From positions 3,232,001-3,296,000 of the forward strand of contig OY969811.1 in NCBI GenBank assembly GCA_963703315.1: a stretch of 64,000 nucleotides of DNA, read 5' to 3'. Shown in pieces: positions 30,994 through 42,533 of this stretch. Both the position numbers and the translations under genes were made by a program. Position 1 is the first letter of the stretch. Every line of letters begins with the position of its first letter. The DNA comes from an uncultured cyanobacterium. GTDB lineage: Bacteria > Cyanobacteriota > Cyanobacteriia > Pseudanabaenales > Pseudanabaenaceae. The notes below the pieces were generated by a model, which had not been told where the DNA came from, made no database searches, and saw only the letters and a list, made by a program, of their open reading frames with translations.

Positions 30994-32613
30994 TTATTCT
31001 AAGTTAATTGCAAATTTTCGTAGTTCTTGTAGTAATTGTTCATCATTAGATGCAGTGCGTGCGCCAGACTCGGCAGCCCATTGCTTGAGGGACTCGATCT
31101 GTTGTGAGGCGATCGCGGCTAAGGGGACGGTCTCTTCAATGGCACTAATAATATCCTCAGTCGTAAAATCTTCGCGGTTGCCACTACTACCACGACCAAA
31201 GGCGCGATGAATACCATCGATGATTACTTGCTCGATTTCTGCCCCACTAAAATTTTTGGTATGCCGAGCCAAGAGCATCAGGTCAAATTCGCGCAAACGG
31301 CTGGGGCGCAACTTTTGTAAATGTACTTTAAAAATTTCTTGACGTTCCGATTCCGTAGGTAAATTCAAAAAGAAAATCTCATCAAATCTTCCTTTTCGCA
31401 ATAGTTCGGCTGGCAAAATTCGGACATTATTAGCTGTGGCGACAATAAATACTGGTGTAGTTTTTTCCTGCATCCATGTAATCAAAGAACCGAATACACG
31501 CCGACTTGCGCCAGAGTCACCGTCAATAGAAATATTGGTATTGCCAAAAGCTTTATCGATTTCATCAATCCACAGCACGCAGGGTGCAGTTGCCTCCGCA
31601 AGTTGAATCATCTGTCGCATCCGACTTTCACTCTCGCCCACATAGCTGCCAAATAGCCGTCCAATATCTAGACGCAGTAGCGGTAAGCGCCATTCATTAG
31701 CGATCGTTTTTGCCGATAGCGATTTACCAGTACCTTGAATGCCAACTAGTAACACTCCCTTGGGTGTGGGAATACCATAACTCTTAGCTTCTTCTGTAAA
31801 GGCATCACGGCGAATCCTCACCCATTGCTTAAGATTATCTAAACCGCCAACATTTTTTAGAGATTCATTCACCGCAAAAAATTCTAAAATTCCTGTTTGT
31901 CTCAAGGCTTGCTGCTTTTCAGCTAGGACTGCATCAATATCCGTGTCGTTAACCTGCTCTTTTTCAGCGATCGCCTTAGCTAAAACTCTTTGAATCCTTG
32001 TCCGACTTAAACCTTGACAAGCTTTGACTAGCTGTTCCAAGGCTAAGTTCGACAAATTCAGTTTATTTGGTGAAATTTTTTGCTTGATTAAATATTCGAT
32101 TTCGGCGATCGCTGGCAAAGGAAAATCAATTGCTGTAATTTCTTCGGTTAATTCAGACGGAATTTCTAAAGTATGACTAATTAGGGCAATTGTACGGCGA
32201 TCAATTTTTAGATCTCGCGCCAAATTTTTTAGCTCACGGATGATCGGAATATTGCGATCATGATGAGGATATTTAAGAATGGGATGGAGATCTCGCAAGA
32301 CATATAAAGTGTTATCACTATCCTTAGTGACCTTATCTCGCTGAGCAATTCTGGATAAAGCCGCCATTACTGAGCCTTTATCACTACCATTGTCACTCCA
32401 TCCTCGTGCAATGTCCCAAAATAAGATTTTGCGGCTAGGAGTAGATTGCAGAGACACTTCCACCAAAATTTCTTCGACAGGTTCTTCTTCAGCAGTAACC
32501 ACATATATAAGTGGATATTTCGCACGTAGTAATAGATCAAACTGCTCTACCAGAGCTTGATAAACTCTGCTTTTAGTTAACGAGAGAGAATTTCCTGACA
32601 AATGCGGCGACAT
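30994..32613 (-). CDS. ycf46: Ycf46-family AAA+ ATPase
   Basis: VGGLDNLKQW, GIQGTGKS, LWIDEIDK, ATANN, RKGRFDEIFF. Confidence 0.9.
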   Translation of the reverse strand: MSPHLSGNSLSLTKSRVYQALVEQFDLLLRAKYPLIYVVTAEEEPVEEILVEVSLQSTPSRKILFWDIARGWSDNGSDKGSVMAALSRIAQRDKVTKDSDNTLYVLRDLHPILKYPHHDRNIPIIRELKNLARDLKIDRRTIALISHTLEIPSELTEEITAIDFPLPAIAEIEYLIKQKISPNKLNLSNLALEQLVKACQGLSRTRIQRVLAKAIAEKEQVNDTDIDAVLAEKQQALRQTGILEFFAVNESLKNVGGLDNLKQWVRIRRDAFTEEAKSYGIPTPKGVLLVGIQGTGKSLSAKTIANEWRLPLLRLDIGRLFGSYVGESESRMRQMIQLAEATAPCVLWIDEIDKAFGNTNISIDGDSGASRRVFGSLITWMQEKTTPVFIVATANNVRILPAELLRKGRFDEIFFLNLPTESERQEIFKVHLQKLRPSRLREFDLMLLARHTKNFSGAEIEQVIIDGIHRAFGRGSSGNREDFTTEDIISAIEETVPLAAIASQQIESLKQWAAESGARTASNDEQLLQELRKFAINLE

Positions 32614-32670
32614 AACTCGCAGTATAGCAATAACTAAAGAGGCGCTTTGCGCCCCTTTGTTGTTTAGTCA

Positions 32671-33699
32671 TTATGCCGTTACAAGCACAGGTGCTTCGAG
32701 CTTGGCTAATCTCTCAGTTAGCAACTCCTCTAGGGTGACAAGCGCTTGTGAGAAACCTTTGATTCCTTCATCAAGTTTCTCTGATGCCATGCGATCGCCT
32801 TCGTGCATCGCATCAAAAGTAGCTTTATCCATTGAGATTTGGGCTATATCTGACTTAGCTGCGACTTCAGGATCAAGTTTGCGGACTAATTCTCCTTGAG
32901 TATTTTGCAACTCATCAAGTAGTGCAGGAGAAATCGTCAATAAATCACAGCCTGCTAGCTCAACAATTTCACCCATATTGCGGAAACTTGCACCCATGAT
33001 TTCGGTTTTATAACCAAATTTTTTATAGTAGTTATAAATTCGAGAAACGGACAACACCCCTGGATCTTCGGTAGCAGGATAACTATCTCGACCTGTATCT
33101 TTTTTATGCCAATCAAGAATCCGTCCCACAAAAGGCGAAATTAGTTTGACTCCTGCTTCTGCACAGGCGATCGCTTGGTGCAGTCCAAACAGCAAAGTCA
33201 AATTGCAATGAATGCCTTCTTTTTCCAACGATTCAGCAGCCTTGATTCCTTCCCATGTCGCGGCAATTTTGATTAGTACGCGATCGCGCGAAATACCATG
33301 AGCTTCATATTGCGAAATTAGGTAATGTGCCTTTTCTAAGGTTGCTTCGGTGTTGTAGGACAAACGCGCATCCACTTCAGTCGAGACACGCCCAGGGATA
33401 GTTTGCAAAATCCTCATACCAAAAGCGATCGCCAAGCGATCAAAGGCTAAGGAAACTACTTGGGCAGGTGGGGCATTATTTCCTAATTCCTGTCTAGCTT
33501 CTAAAAGTGTTTCATCTACAATTTCTTGATACTGGGGCATCTGTGCCGCCGCCGTGATCAACGATGGGTTTGTAGTAGCATCTTGGGGTTTGACTAATTC
33601 AATTGCGTGAATATCTCCTGTATCCGCTACAACTACGGTCATCTTACGCAACTGCTCGAGAAAGCTTTGGGGCAAATCATTAGGCATAACATCCTCCAT
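32671..33699 (-). CDS. tal: Transaldolase
   Basis: [56 protein letters not shown]. Confidence 0.97.
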   Translation of the reverse strand: MEDVMPNDLPQSFLEQLRKMTVVVADTGDIHAIELVKPQDATTNPSLITAAAQMPQYQEIVDETLLEARQELGNNAPPAQVVSLAFDRLAIAFGMRILQTIPGRVSTEVDARLSYNTEATLEKAHYLISQYEAHGISRDRVLIKIAATWEGIKAAESLEKEGIHCNLTLLFGLHQAIACAEAGVKLISPFVGRILDWHKKDTGRDSYPATEDPGVLSVSRIYNYYKKFGYKTEIMGASFRNMGEIVELAGCDLLTISPALLDELQNTQGELVRKLDPEVAAKSDIAQISMDKATFDAMHEGDRMASEKLDEGIKGFSQALVTLEELLTERLAKLEAPVLVTA

Positions 33700-33893
33700 A
33701 GTATCGGTTATTACTGATATACCGACTACCTTTGCTAGCCAATCATAGCCTCAACTATTTTGATACCCCACAACCTTCATAGTAATTACAAGATTGCAAA
33801 CAATCCTCTGTACCTAAACATAACTAGCGATCGCTGTAATTTTCTATGCAATTGATATGAACAAACCTATGCTTATGAACTAAAACCTCATTG

Positions 33894-33911
33894 TAGATAA
33901 AGTTTTGTTAA
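33894..33911 (-). promoter_or_regulatory. Possible HLR1 (RpaB) site upstream of psaA
   Basis: The minus strand reads TTAACAAA-AC-TTTATCTA, a degenerate match to the (G/T)TTACA(T/A)(T/A)-N2 direct repeat. Confidence 0.35.
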
Positions 33912-34044
33912 GAGATATTGATCGTTTATTGACTTGATCTATTCAATTCAATTGTCCAAGTTTATTGCAGTGTAAAGAGTTGAGCAAATTAGTGTCATTC
34001 TAAACAATTGTTACAAAGACTCTAGCGCGTCACAAACGTAAATC

Positions 34045-34050
34045 TATAAT
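34045..34050 (+). promoter_or_regulatory. Candidate -10 box of the psaAB promoter
   Basis: Perfect TATAAT about 130 bp upstream of the psaA ATG. Confidence 0.55.
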
Positions 34051-34179
34051 TACGACATCGTGGCTTAGGTTCTCTTATTAAAGCAGTACTTATCTCATTC
34101 ATAGATTCAGCACTATGAGAGAACTAGCCTACATCGTTTAATCTACTTTGTCTTAACAGTCTGAGAGAGGAAAATTTTC

Positions 34180-36435
34180 ATGACAATGACTCCTCAAAAG
34201 CCAGACACAGAGGTAAAGGTATCGGTTGACCGTGACGTAGTACCTACTTCCTTCGAGAAGTGGGGACAACCTGGTCACTTCGATCGCACCCTAAAGAAGG
34301 GACCAAAGACAACCACATGGATTTGGGATCTTCATGCCAATGTGCATGACTTTGACAGTTTCACAACCGAAGAAGATACTGCCCGTAAGATCTTCTCTGC
34401 TCACTTTGGGCATCTAGGTATTGTATTTATCTGGCTTAGTGGTATGTACTACCACGGAGCAAAATTCTCTAACTACACCGCTTGGTTGTCTGATCCTGTC
34501 AGCATCAAGCCCAGCGCCCAAGTGGTCTGGAATGTCTTCGGTCAAGATATCTTGAACGGCGATGTTGGCGGTGGTTTCCAAGGTATTCAAATCACTTCTG
34601 GTTTGTTCCACCTTTGGAGAGCATCTGGTATCACCACCGAGTATCAACTCCTCTGCACCGCAATTGGCGGTTTGGTGATGGCAGGTTTGATGTTCTTCGC
34701 TGGTTGGTTCCACTACCACAAGTCTGCTCCTAAACTCGAATGGTTTAAGAATGCTGAATCGATGATGAACCACCACTTGGCTGGTTTGTTCGGTTTAGGT
34801 TCACTCGCATGGGCTGGACATCAGATTCACGTTTCGATTCCTATCAACTATTACCTTGATAAGGGCGTTCCTGCGAGTCAGATTCCTTTGCCTCATGAGT
34901 TTATCTTCAACCCTTCGTTGATGTCAGATATTTTCCCTAGTTTTGCACAAGGTTTGACACCTTTCTTTACCTTGAACTGGGGCGCTTATGCTGACTTCTT
35001 GACCTTTAAGGGTGGATTGAATCCTCAAACTGGTTCTTTGTGGCTCACTGACCAAGCACACCATCACTTAGCCCTTGCGGTTATGTTCATCGTGGCAGGT
35101 CATATGTACCGCACCAACTGGGGCATCGGTCATAGCATGAAAGAAATGCTCGAAGCTCACAGTGGCGATACCGTGATGTTTGGTAGCCATAAGGGTCTTT
35201 ACGAAATTTTGACCAGCTCTTGGCACGCTCAACTAGCAGTTAACCTAGCGATCGGCGGTTCTGTAAGCATCATCGTTGCTCAGCATATGTACGCGATGCC
35301 TGCTTATCCTTACATTGCAATTGACTACGCAACTCAAGTATCTCTATTCACACATCATATGTGGATTGGTGGATTCATGATTTGCGGTGCTGCTGCTCAC
35401 GCTGGCATTTTCATGGTGCGTGATTACAACCCTTCGCAAAACGTTGATAACGCTTTGGATCGGATGCTTCGCGCTCGTGATGCAATTATTTCTCACCTTA
35501 ACTGGGTATGTATCTTCCTTGGCTTCCACAGCTTCGGTCTTTACATCCACAACGACACTATGCGTGCATTGGGTCGTCCTCAAGATATGTTCTCCGACAC
35601 TGCAATTCAGTTGAAGCCTGTCTTCGCTAACTGGATTCAAGGCATCCATGCTGCTGCTGCTGGTGCAACTGCTCCCTATGCTTCTGCTGGTGTTAGCCCC
35701 ATTTTTGGTGGCGATACTGTAGTTGTTGGTGGTAAAGTTGCTGCTGCTCACATGGCTCTTGGTACGGCTGACTTCTTGGTACACCACATCCATGCGTTCA
35801 CCATTCACGTTACTGTCTTAATCTTGCTGAAAGGCGTGCTTTATGCTCGTAGCTCTCGCTTGATTCCAGACAAAGCTGAACTCGGTTTCCGCTTCCCTTG
35901 CGACGGTCCTGGTCGTGGCGGCACTTGTCAAGTTTCGGCATGGGATCACGTATTCCTAGGTCTTTTCTGGATGTACAACTGTATTTCTGTTGTCATCTTC
36001 CACTTCTCTTGGAAAATGCAGTCCGATATTTTTGGTACTGTCGATGCTGGCGGTACGATCACCAACATGGCTGGCGGTAACTTTGCACAGAGTGCATTGA
36101 CCATCAATGGTTGGTTACGTGACTTCTTGTGGGCGCAAGCTTCCAACGTTATTCAATCCTACGGTTCGGCATTGTCGGCTTATGGTTTGATCTTCTTGGG
36201 CGCTCACTTCATCTGGGCATTCAGCCTGATGTTCCTGTTCAGTGGTCGTGGCTACTGGCAAGAATTGATCGAGTCAATTGTTTGGGCACACAATAAGCTC
36301 AACGTTGCTCCTGCTATTTCTCCTCGCGCTTTGAGCATCACTCAAGGTCGTGCTGTGGGTCTAGCTCACTACCTATTAGGTGGAATTGCCACAACTTGGG
36401 CATTCTTCCTAGCCCGTTACGGTGCACTTGGCTAA
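34180..36435 (+). CDS. psaA: Photosystem I P700 apoprotein A1
   Basis: [52 protein letters not shown]. Confidence 0.99.
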   Translation: MTMTPQKPDTEVKVSVDRDVVPTSFEKWGQPGHFDRTLKKGPKTTTWIWDLHANVHDFDSFTTEEDTARKIFSAHFGHLGIVFIWLSGMYYHGAKFSNYTAWLSDPVSIKPSAQVVWNVFGQDILNGDVGGGFQGIQITSGLFHLWRASGITTEYQLLCTAIGGLVMAGLMFFAGWFHYHKSAPKLEWFKNAESMMNHHLAGLFGLGSLAWAGHQIHVSIPINYYLDKGVPASQIPLPHEFIFNPSLMSDIFPSFAQGLTPFFTLNWGAYADFLTFKGGLNPQTGSLWLTDQAHHHLALAVMFIVAGHMYRTNWGIGHSMKEMLEAHSGDTVMFGSHKGLYEILTSSWHAQLAVNLAIGGSVSIIVAQHMYAMPAYPYIAIDYATQVSLFTHHMWIGGFMICGAAAHAGIFMVRDYNPSQNVDNALDRMLRARDAIISHLNWVCIFLGFHSFGLYIHNDTMRALGRPQDMFSDTAIQLKPVFANWIQGIHAAAAGATAPYASAGVSPIFGGDTVVVGGKVAAAHMALGTADFLVHHIHAFTIHVTVLILLKGVLYARSSRLIPDKAELGFRFPCDGPGRGGTCQVSAWDHVFLGLFWMYNCISVVIFHFSWKMQSDIFGTVDAGGTITNMAGGNFAQSALTINGWLRDFLWAQASNVIQSYGSALSAYGLIFLGAHFIWAFSLMFLFSGRGYWQELIESIVWAHNKLNVAPAISPRALSITQGRAVGLAHYLLGGIATTWAFFLARYGALG

Positions 36436-36460
36436 TAATAACGGAGAAATTGAAGTAATT

Positions 36461-38689
36461 ATGGCAACGAAATTTCCTAAGTTTAGCCAGGCTCTCGCAC
36501 AGGATCCAACAACCCGTCGGATCTGGTATGCGATCGCCACAGCGAACGATTTTGAAAGTCACGATGGTGTTACTGAAGAAAGTCTTTACCAAAAGATTTT
36601 TGCTTCTCACTTCGGACATTTGGCAATCATCTTCCTGTGGACATCTGGCAACCTGTTTCACGTAGCGTGGCAGGGTAACTTCGAGCAATGGATTAAGAAT
36701 CCTCTCACTACACGTCCGATCGCCCATGCGATTTGGGACCCTCACTTCGGTAAGGCAGCAGTTGAAGCGTTTACTCAAACTGACGCTGCTGGTCCTGTAA
36801 ATATCGCTCTCTCTGGTGTTTACCACTGGTGGTACACCATCGGTATGCGTACCAACGCTGAACTGTTTGCTGGCGCAATCTGGATGCTAGTATTTGCTGC
36901 GGTTCTGCTATTTGCAGGCTGGTTGCACCTACAACCCAGCTTCCGTCCTAGCCTCTCTTGGTTCAAGAATGCTGAGTCTCGCCTCAATCACCACTTGGCT
37001 GGTTTGTTTGGCGCAAGCTCCTTGGCATGGACTGGTCACATGGTTCACGTGGCGATTCCTGAATCTCGCGGTGTTCATGTCGGTTGGGATAACTTCTTGA
37101 GCGTTCCTCCTCATCCAGCAGGTCTTGCACCTTTCTTCACTGGTAATTGGGGCGTATATGCTCAGAATCCTGATACCGCAGGTCATGTGTTTGGTTCTGC
37201 TCAAGGTGCTGGTACTGCAATCCTCACCTTCCTTGGTGGTTTCCATCCTCAAACCGAGTCTCTTTGGTTGACTGACATTGCTCATCACCACTTGGCGATC
37301 GCAGTTTTGTTCATCGTTGCTGGTCATATGTACCGTACCAACTTTGGTATCGGTCATAGCATCAAAGAAATCTTGGCTGCTCACAATCCTCCTAAGGGTA
37401 CTCCTTTCGGTGGTGCGTTAGGCGATGGTCACAAGGGTTTGTATGACACCGTCAACAACTCCTTGCATTTCCAACTCGGCTTAGCTCTTGCTTCTTTGGG
37501 TGTAATCACCTCCTTAGTTGCTCAGCACATGTACTCGATGCCTTCCTATGCGTTCATCGCTAAGGACTTCACCACTCAAGCTGCTCTATATACTCATCAC
37601 CAATATATTGCTGGTTTCTTGATGGTTGGTGCATTTGCTCACGGTGCGATCTTCTTTGTTCGTGACTATGATCCCGAAGCTAACAAGAACAACGTGCTTG
37701 CACGTATGCTTGAGCATAAAGAAGCAATCATCTCTCACTTAAGCTGGGTATCTCTCTTCTTAGGTTTCCACACCCTCGGTATCTACGTTCACAACGACGT
37801 AATGCAAGCGTTTGGTACTCCTGAAAAGCAAATCTTGATCGAGCCTGTATTCGCTCAGTGGATTCAAGCTGCTCATGGTAAAGCACTGTATGGATTTGAT
37901 GTCCTACTGTCTAATGCCAACAGCATTGCTTCAACCGCTTATCCAAATAGCGGCAACGTTTGGCTACCTGGTTGGTTAGCTGGTATTAACTCTGGTGACA
38001 ACTCTTTGTTCCTCACCATTGGACCTGGTGACTTCTTGGTACACCATGCGATCGCTCTAGGTCTACACACCACCACCTTGATCTTGGTTAAGGGCGCGTT
38101 GGATGCTCGTGGATCTAAGCTGATGCCAGACAAAAAAGACTTCGGCTACAGCTTCCCTTGCGACGGTCCTGGTCGTGGCGGTACTTGCGATATCTCAGCA
38201 TGGGATTCCTTCTACCTCGCGATGTTCTGGATGTTGAACACCATCGGTTGGACAACCTTCTACTGGCATTGGAAACACCTAGGTGTATGGCAAGGTAACG
38301 TTGCTCAGTTCAACGAATCCTCTGTCACCATCATGGGCTGGCTCCGTGACTACCTATGGCTCAACTCTGCACAGTTGATCAACGGCTATAACCCCTATGG
38401 CATGAACAATATCTCTGTTTGGGCTTGGATGTTCCTCTTCGGACACCTAGTTTGGGCAACTGGATTCATGTTCTTGATCTCTTGGCGTGGTTACTGGCAA
38501 GAGTTGATCGAAACCCTTGTATGGGCGCACCAACGCACTCCTCTTGCAAGTTTGGTTCAGTGGAAAGACAAGCCTGTGGCTCTCTCCATCGTTCAAGCTC
38601 GTTTGGTTGGATTGGCTCACTTCACGATTGGCTACATCGTCACGTATGCAGCCTTCCTGATTGCGTCTACCACAACAGCTTTCGGTTAA
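36461..38689 (+). CDS. psaB: Photosystem I P700 apoprotein A2
   Basis: [40 protein letters not shown]. Confidence 0.99.
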   Translation: MATKFPKFSQALAQDPTTRRIWYAIATANDFESHDGVTEESLYQKIFASHFGHLAIIFLWTSGNLFHVAWQGNFEQWIKNPLTTRPIAHAIWDPHFGKAAVEAFTQTDAAGPVNIALSGVYHWWYTIGMRTNAELFAGAIWMLVFAAVLLFAGWLHLQPSFRPSLSWFKNAESRLNHHLAGLFGASSLAWTGHMVHVAIPESRGVHVGWDNFLSVPPHPAGLAPFFTGNWGVYAQNPDTAGHVFGSAQGAGTAILTFLGGFHPQTESLWLTDIAHHHLAIAVLFIVAGHMYRTNFGIGHSIKEILAAHNPPKGTPFGGALGDGHKGLYDTVNNSLHFQLGLALASLGVITSLVAQHMYSMPSYAFIAKDFTTQAALYTHHQYIAGFLMVGAFAHGAIFFVRDYDPEANKNNVLARMLEHKEAIISHLSWVSLFLGFHTLGIYVHNDVMQAFGTPEKQILIEPVFAQWIQAAHGKALYGFDVLLSNANSIASTAYPNSGNVWLPGWLAGINSGDNSLFLTIGPGDFLVHHAIALGLHTTTLILVKGALDARGSKLMPDKKDFGYSFPCDGPGRGGTCDISAWDSFYLAMFWMLNTIGWTTFYWHWKHLGVWQGNVAQFNESSVTIMGWLRDYLWLNSAQLINGYNPYGMNNISVWAWMFLFGHLVWATGFMFLISWRGYWQELIETLVWAHQRTPLASLVQWKDKPVALSIVQARLVGLAHFTIGYIVTYAAFLIASTTTAFG

Positions 38690-38711
38690 TCTAGCTTGCT
38701 AGTTAGCTAAT

Positions 38712-38745
38712 AAAAAATCCCTCACAGCAATGTGGGGGATTTTTT
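38712..38745 (+). terminator. Rho-independent terminator of psaAB
   Basis: aaaaaatccctcaca-gcaa-tgtgggggatttttt: GNRA tetraloop, G-U pair and U tract. Confidence 0.85.
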
Positions 38746-38951
38746 GTTTTTAGATGTTTTTATAGATTATGCTTATAATTTTCATTAAATATCTTCCTGC
38801 TATTGATGATCTAATTTCTCTGTCATCAAGTAACTCTCCTACTGTAGCCATTGGTTACATCTCTAAAAATATATAGGTGATGCTGCTTTTTGGTATATTT
38901 TTTAGGTGTTTATTCTTCCAATATTTGTCCAATCAGATATTCAAAAAGCAT

Positions 38952-39167
38952 TTAGTTGTACTCTCCAGGAATATCAGTTTTTCTAACAGTAATCTTGCCA
39001 ACTTTCTTGCCTGACATTCTCAATAATTCATCACCTGAAAATTCAAAACCAAGCTTTAGTGCTATTCGCGCAACATCATCCGCAGTTGATGCTGCGATCA
39101 CCTCGTTTTTAAGTTCAGGTTCAGACTGCATTTTCTTTAAAAATGCTTCGATTTGCTCAAAAGCCAT
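38952..39167 (-). CDS. Nif11-like leader-peptide family protein
   Basis: MAFEQIEAFLKKMQSEPELKNEV..A..ADDVARIA...GFEFSGDEL. Confidence 0.85.
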   Translation of the reverse strand: MAFEQIEAFLKKMQSEPELKNEVIAASTADDVARIALKLGFEFSGDELLRMSGKKVGKITVRKTDIPGEYN

Positions 39168-39355
39168 ATTTAAAATTCCTATTCTCGCTAATTACTCGTA
39201 ATACAAAGAAAAACAGAAGTATATTCTTTAAGACTAGCAGCACAAGGGTATCAAGATTCGGGGGAAAGATGATTATCTCGATGCGCTGCTCTTTATTCAT
39301 AATAGAGATAGCTACAGAATACGTGTAAAAACCTGCAAGATCGCGCTCAAACACT

Positions 39356-39512
39356 TAAAGCGTATTTGAGAAGTTAAGCGAGGCTTTTGAAAAGAATATG
39401 AATCATGCCCACATAGAAAAAAGCCTCAACGGTCACGAATTTGGTTGATTTTTTCTAAAAGCATGGTTACCCCCTTACGGTCATCGAGATTCGCCGCAGT
39501 AACTACCACCAT
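39356..39512 (-). mobile_element. Internally deleted IS5-family remnant (right end)
   Basis: The minus strand reads VVVTAANLDDRKGVTMLL, then EAFFYVGMIHILFKSLA*, then an end-like sequence ttctcaaatacgctt-ta. Confidence 0.7.
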
Positions 39513-39788
39513 CCTTTTTGCACCTTTATTTATTGCCAAAAAATTCTCAACCACACTCTAATGGCAGTCAGCAAATAGAGTTTTGATATACCTAATTCCG
39601 TCTGTCTGCACCTTTTGAAACTTGATGTAGTAGTAATTCCCAGAGATTTATTTAATGAATCACGAATATTCCAAAGCATTAGAACTTTCTTACCTTGCTT
39701 GGTTGGCATATAGCACCGAACTATCCGAAATCCATGAGAAGCTAAGCTGCATTTCACAGGTAAAGTTTATAAATTTGATGCTTCTCAA

Positions 39789-41552
39789 ATGAATATTCAG
39801 AAACAGCAAGCTGAATTTTTGAAAATCTTGCTAGAGAAGCCAGATCACGGTGCTGCTTTTGCCGAAATCAGCAGTAGCCTTATCAAAATCTTTCAATTTC
39901 AAGGGAATATTCAAGCTTTAGTAACTGAAAGTATTGGAGGTTATCTCGGAAAAATTGCTGAAACATTACTGATTGAACATGATATCTTAAGGTATATTCA
40001 AGCTCTAGATAGCGAAAAAACCTTAACTCAATCAGTTTTTGCTAAACCTGAACCTGATATCAAAACTGAGATACAAGCAATTAGCTTAGTAGAAAATAAA
40101 GATATGTTCAATAAAAACTTGTTGAAAAAGATTGCTAAAGGTGCGGTTCAAGCGGGTGAGGAGATTGTAAAGGAAACTGCTCATGTTGGTGGTGCAATTG
40201 TTGATATGACTAATCTCTCTGAATCCGTTGATAATTCTCAACCGCAAGACGAAGTTTCTACAACGGATGCTGCAATTACGGTAACTACTGACAAGCCGCA
40301 AACAGGGAATTGGTGGGATGGGGCATTTGGTGCAGTCGCAGGAGCCGCAGGTGCAGTTGGTAATGCAGCTAGTGCGGTTGGAGGCACAGTTGCAGGGGCG
40401 GCTGGATCGGTTGGAAATGCTGTAGGTGGTGCGGCTGGTGTTGTTGGTGGCACGGTTGCGGGTGCTGCGGGAAATGTTGGCGGGGCGATCGTTAGTGCGG
40501 GCAGTGCAGTTGGAGGTGTAGCTGGATCTGTCGGTAGTGCAGTCGGTGGAGCAGCAGTAGCAACCGCAGGAGCAGTTGGTGGTGCTGTCGGTGCATTTAC
40601 GCAAACAGTTGGTGGGGCTGTCGTTGGTGGAATTTCATCAGCAACTAGTAGCGCAGGATCTGCGATCGAGACTGTTGGTAATAGCCCTCTAATTCGGAAA
40701 GCTGCTAAGGTCTTTAATGCTGATTGGTTTCTGAAAATAATAGATCAGGTAGATGCTGTCGCATCAGAAGCAGAGGTACAGCGCTTAAAACAACAATATC
40801 CCAATGAGTCAGCCTATCAAATTGCCCAGAGAATCATTGGACAAAAAGCCGTGTTTGCTGGTGCGTCTGGATTTGCTACCACGATTGTCCCTGGTTCTGC
40901 CGCCGCATTGTTTGCAGTTGATCTGGCTGCGACAACTTCTCTCCAAGCTGAGATGGTTTATCAAATTGCTTGTGCCTATGGAATGGATCTTAAAGACCCC
41001 GCTAGAAAAGGAGAAGTTGTTGCAGTATTCGGGTTAGCTTTTGGGGGCAAAATGGCAATCAAAGCAGGATTAGGACTGTTACGAAATATTCCCGTTGCAG
41101 GAGCCGTGATTGCTGCCAGTTCTGATGCCGTAATGCTTTATACACTTGGTCAAGCGAGTTGTTCTTTTTATGAGGCTAAACTAAACCCTGTCAACTTTGA
41201 AGAAAAATTAGCAGATATTCAAAAAGATAGTGAAGAACGTTTAAAAAGTGCCATTCCCCAAGAACAGATCATCGATCAAATTCTCGTTCATGTGATCTTG
41301 GCAGGTAATCAAGGCAAAAGTAAAGAAAGTGTTTTGGCTGACTTGAAATCGGCAAATCTCAGACCCGAATCGATTGATGCGATCGCCGAGTATATGGATG
41401 CACCACTTCCCCTTGAAGCTTTACTAAAGGATATCAAGCCAGAGTATGCGTTATCTTTGTTTGCCCAATGTCAGAAATTTGCGATGTTAGATGGCATCAT
41501 GACTCCTGAAGAAGCACAAGTGATTGAGATGATTCATCAGAAATTCAGTTAA
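39789..41552 (+). CDS. EcsC/DUF697-like protein with long Gly/Ala/Val repeats and a TerB-like tail
   Basis: About 120 aa of GAVAGAAGAVG-type repeats; LQAEMVYQIACAYG.DL.DPARKGE, RNIPVAGAVI; C-terminal DGIMTPEEAQVI. Confidence 0.75.
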   Translation: MNIQKQQAEFLKILLEKPDHGAAFAEISSSLIKIFQFQGNIQALVTESIGGYLGKIAETLLIEHDILRYIQALDSEKTLTQSVFAKPEPDIKTEIQAISLVENKDMFNKNLLKKIAKGAVQAGEEIVKETAHVGGAIVDMTNLSESVDNSQPQDEVSTTDAAITVTTDKPQTGNWWDGAFGAVAGAAGAVGNAASAVGGTVAGAAGSVGNAVGGAAGVVGGTVAGAAGNVGGAIVSAGSAVGGVAGSVGSAVGGAAVATAGAVGGAVGAFTQTVGGAVVGGISSATSSAGSAIETVGNSPLIRKAAKVFNADWFLKIIDQVDAVASEAEVQRLKQQYPNESAYQIAQRIIGQKAVFAGASGFATTIVPGSAAALFAVDLAATTSLQAEMVYQIACAYGMDLKDPARKGEVVAVFGLAFGGKMAIKAGLGLLRNIPVAGAVIAASSDAVMLYTLGQASCSFYEAKLNPVNFEEKLADIQKDSEERLKSAIPQEQIIDQILVHVILAGNQGKSKESVLADLKSANLRPESIDAIAEYMDAPLPLEALLKDIKPEYALSLFAQCQKFAMLDGIMTPEEAQVIEMIHQKFS

Positions 41553-41666
41553 TAATGAATCCTTTATCACTTGGATGTATAGTCACGCAGAATTAACTCT
41601 TCTGAAAATAAAGCTTTCAATTTACAAACTATCGAGCAATCAGTTGATATGGCAATCACGATTATG

Positions 41667-41692
41667 GACAAATTGTCTATTTTGTCTATAAT
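41667..41692 (+). promoter_or_regulatory. Promoter/operator of the Phd-PIN TA operon
   Basis: gacaaattgtc inverted repeat; TTGTCTAT direct repeat overlapping TATAAT (41687-41692). Confidence 0.55.
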
Positions 41693-41713
41693 GTAAGAAA
41701 AAGAGCTAAAGCT

Positions 41714-41965
41714 ATGCAAATTGTTTCAGCAACAGAAGCCAAACAATCTTTTGGTGCAGTCATCGACAAAGCCCAGCGCGAACCTGTGATGATCCGCAAA
41801 CAGCATCGTGATGTCGCTGTGATTATGTCCATCGAAGACTATCAACGCATTACCCGCATTAACATTCAAGAATTTCAAGAATTTAGAGATAACATTGGCA
41901 AAAAAGCTCAAAATCGTGGCTTAACAGAAGAAAAGCTAAATGAACTTTTGAATGATGATCAATAG
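41714..41965 (+). CDS. Phd/YefM-family antitoxin
   Basis: VSATEAKQSFGAVIDKAQREPVMI..HRDVAVIMSIEDY. Confidence 0.92.
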   Translation: MQIVSATEAKQSFGAVIDKAQREPVMIRKQHRDVAVIMSIEDYQRITRINIQEFQEFRDNIGKKAQNRGLTEEKLNELLNDDQ

Positions 41966-41969
41966 TTCT

Positions 41970-42380
41970 ATGCGTTTAGTGCTGGATACAAGTGTCTTAG
42001 TCAGTGCAATTTTGTCTCCAAGCTCTATCTCAGCTAAAGTTTTGAATTGGGGAGAAGACAATGGCGTTATCTTATATTTTGACGCTACGCTCACTGAAGT
42101 TTTATCTGTTTTAGGACGCTCAAAATTTTCTAAATATATTGATCGTGACGATATTGATGGATTATCTATTCGCATCAAAACGGTATGGTTATTTGTCGAG
42201 ATTTTAAATCAAGTTCAATTATGTCGAGATCCGAAAGATGATAAGTTTATCGACCTAGCACTGAATGGCGATGCTTCACATCTGATCACTGGAGACAATG
42301 ATTTACTTGTATTGAACCAAATTGCAGATACTTCAGTAATCAATCCACGCACTTTTTGGGATGAGATCATAAATCTTTAA
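41970..42380 (+). CDS. PIN-domain toxin
   Basis: MRLVLDTSVLVSA, CRDPKDDKFIDLA, LITGDNDLL. Confidence 0.92.
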   Translation: MRLVLDTSVLVSAILSPSSISAKVLNWGEDNGVILYFDATLTEVLSVLGRSKFSKYIDRDDIDGLSIRIKTVWLFVEILNQVQLCRDPKDDKFIDLALNGDASHLITGDNDLLVLNQIADTSVINPRTFWDEIINL

Positions 42381-42533
42381 AACAGAAGCAACCATGTTGA
42401 AATTAGGCGATCTCGTTTTTCAGTAGGGCGATCGCTACGTCAAAATACCCTGATGGCAGAAGTCAGGATTTAAATGTGCAAAGTATACTCTAAGGGATAA
42501 ACTCGATATCAAAATTTATAGCAGTTGGAAATC

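Noticed and set aside
34414..38694. Several 60-160-aa antisense or alternate-frame ORFs within psaA/psaB
   Set aside because: Shadows of strongly biased codon usage in highly conserved genes; no recognisable motifs.
39143..39757. Short ORFs 39143-39328, 39157-39354 and 39530-39757, and a possible frameshifted 5' extension of the 39789 gene
   Set aside because: No recognisable motifs; decayed AT-rich DNA around the IS5 remnant; cannot be supported without a search.
40086..40604. 172-aa Cys/Thr/Ser-rich antisense ORF that looks like a RiPP or metallothionein near the Nif11 gene
   Set aside because: It is the reverse complement of the Gly/Ala repeat (GCA/GGT codons give TGC/ACC); no independent evidence of coding.
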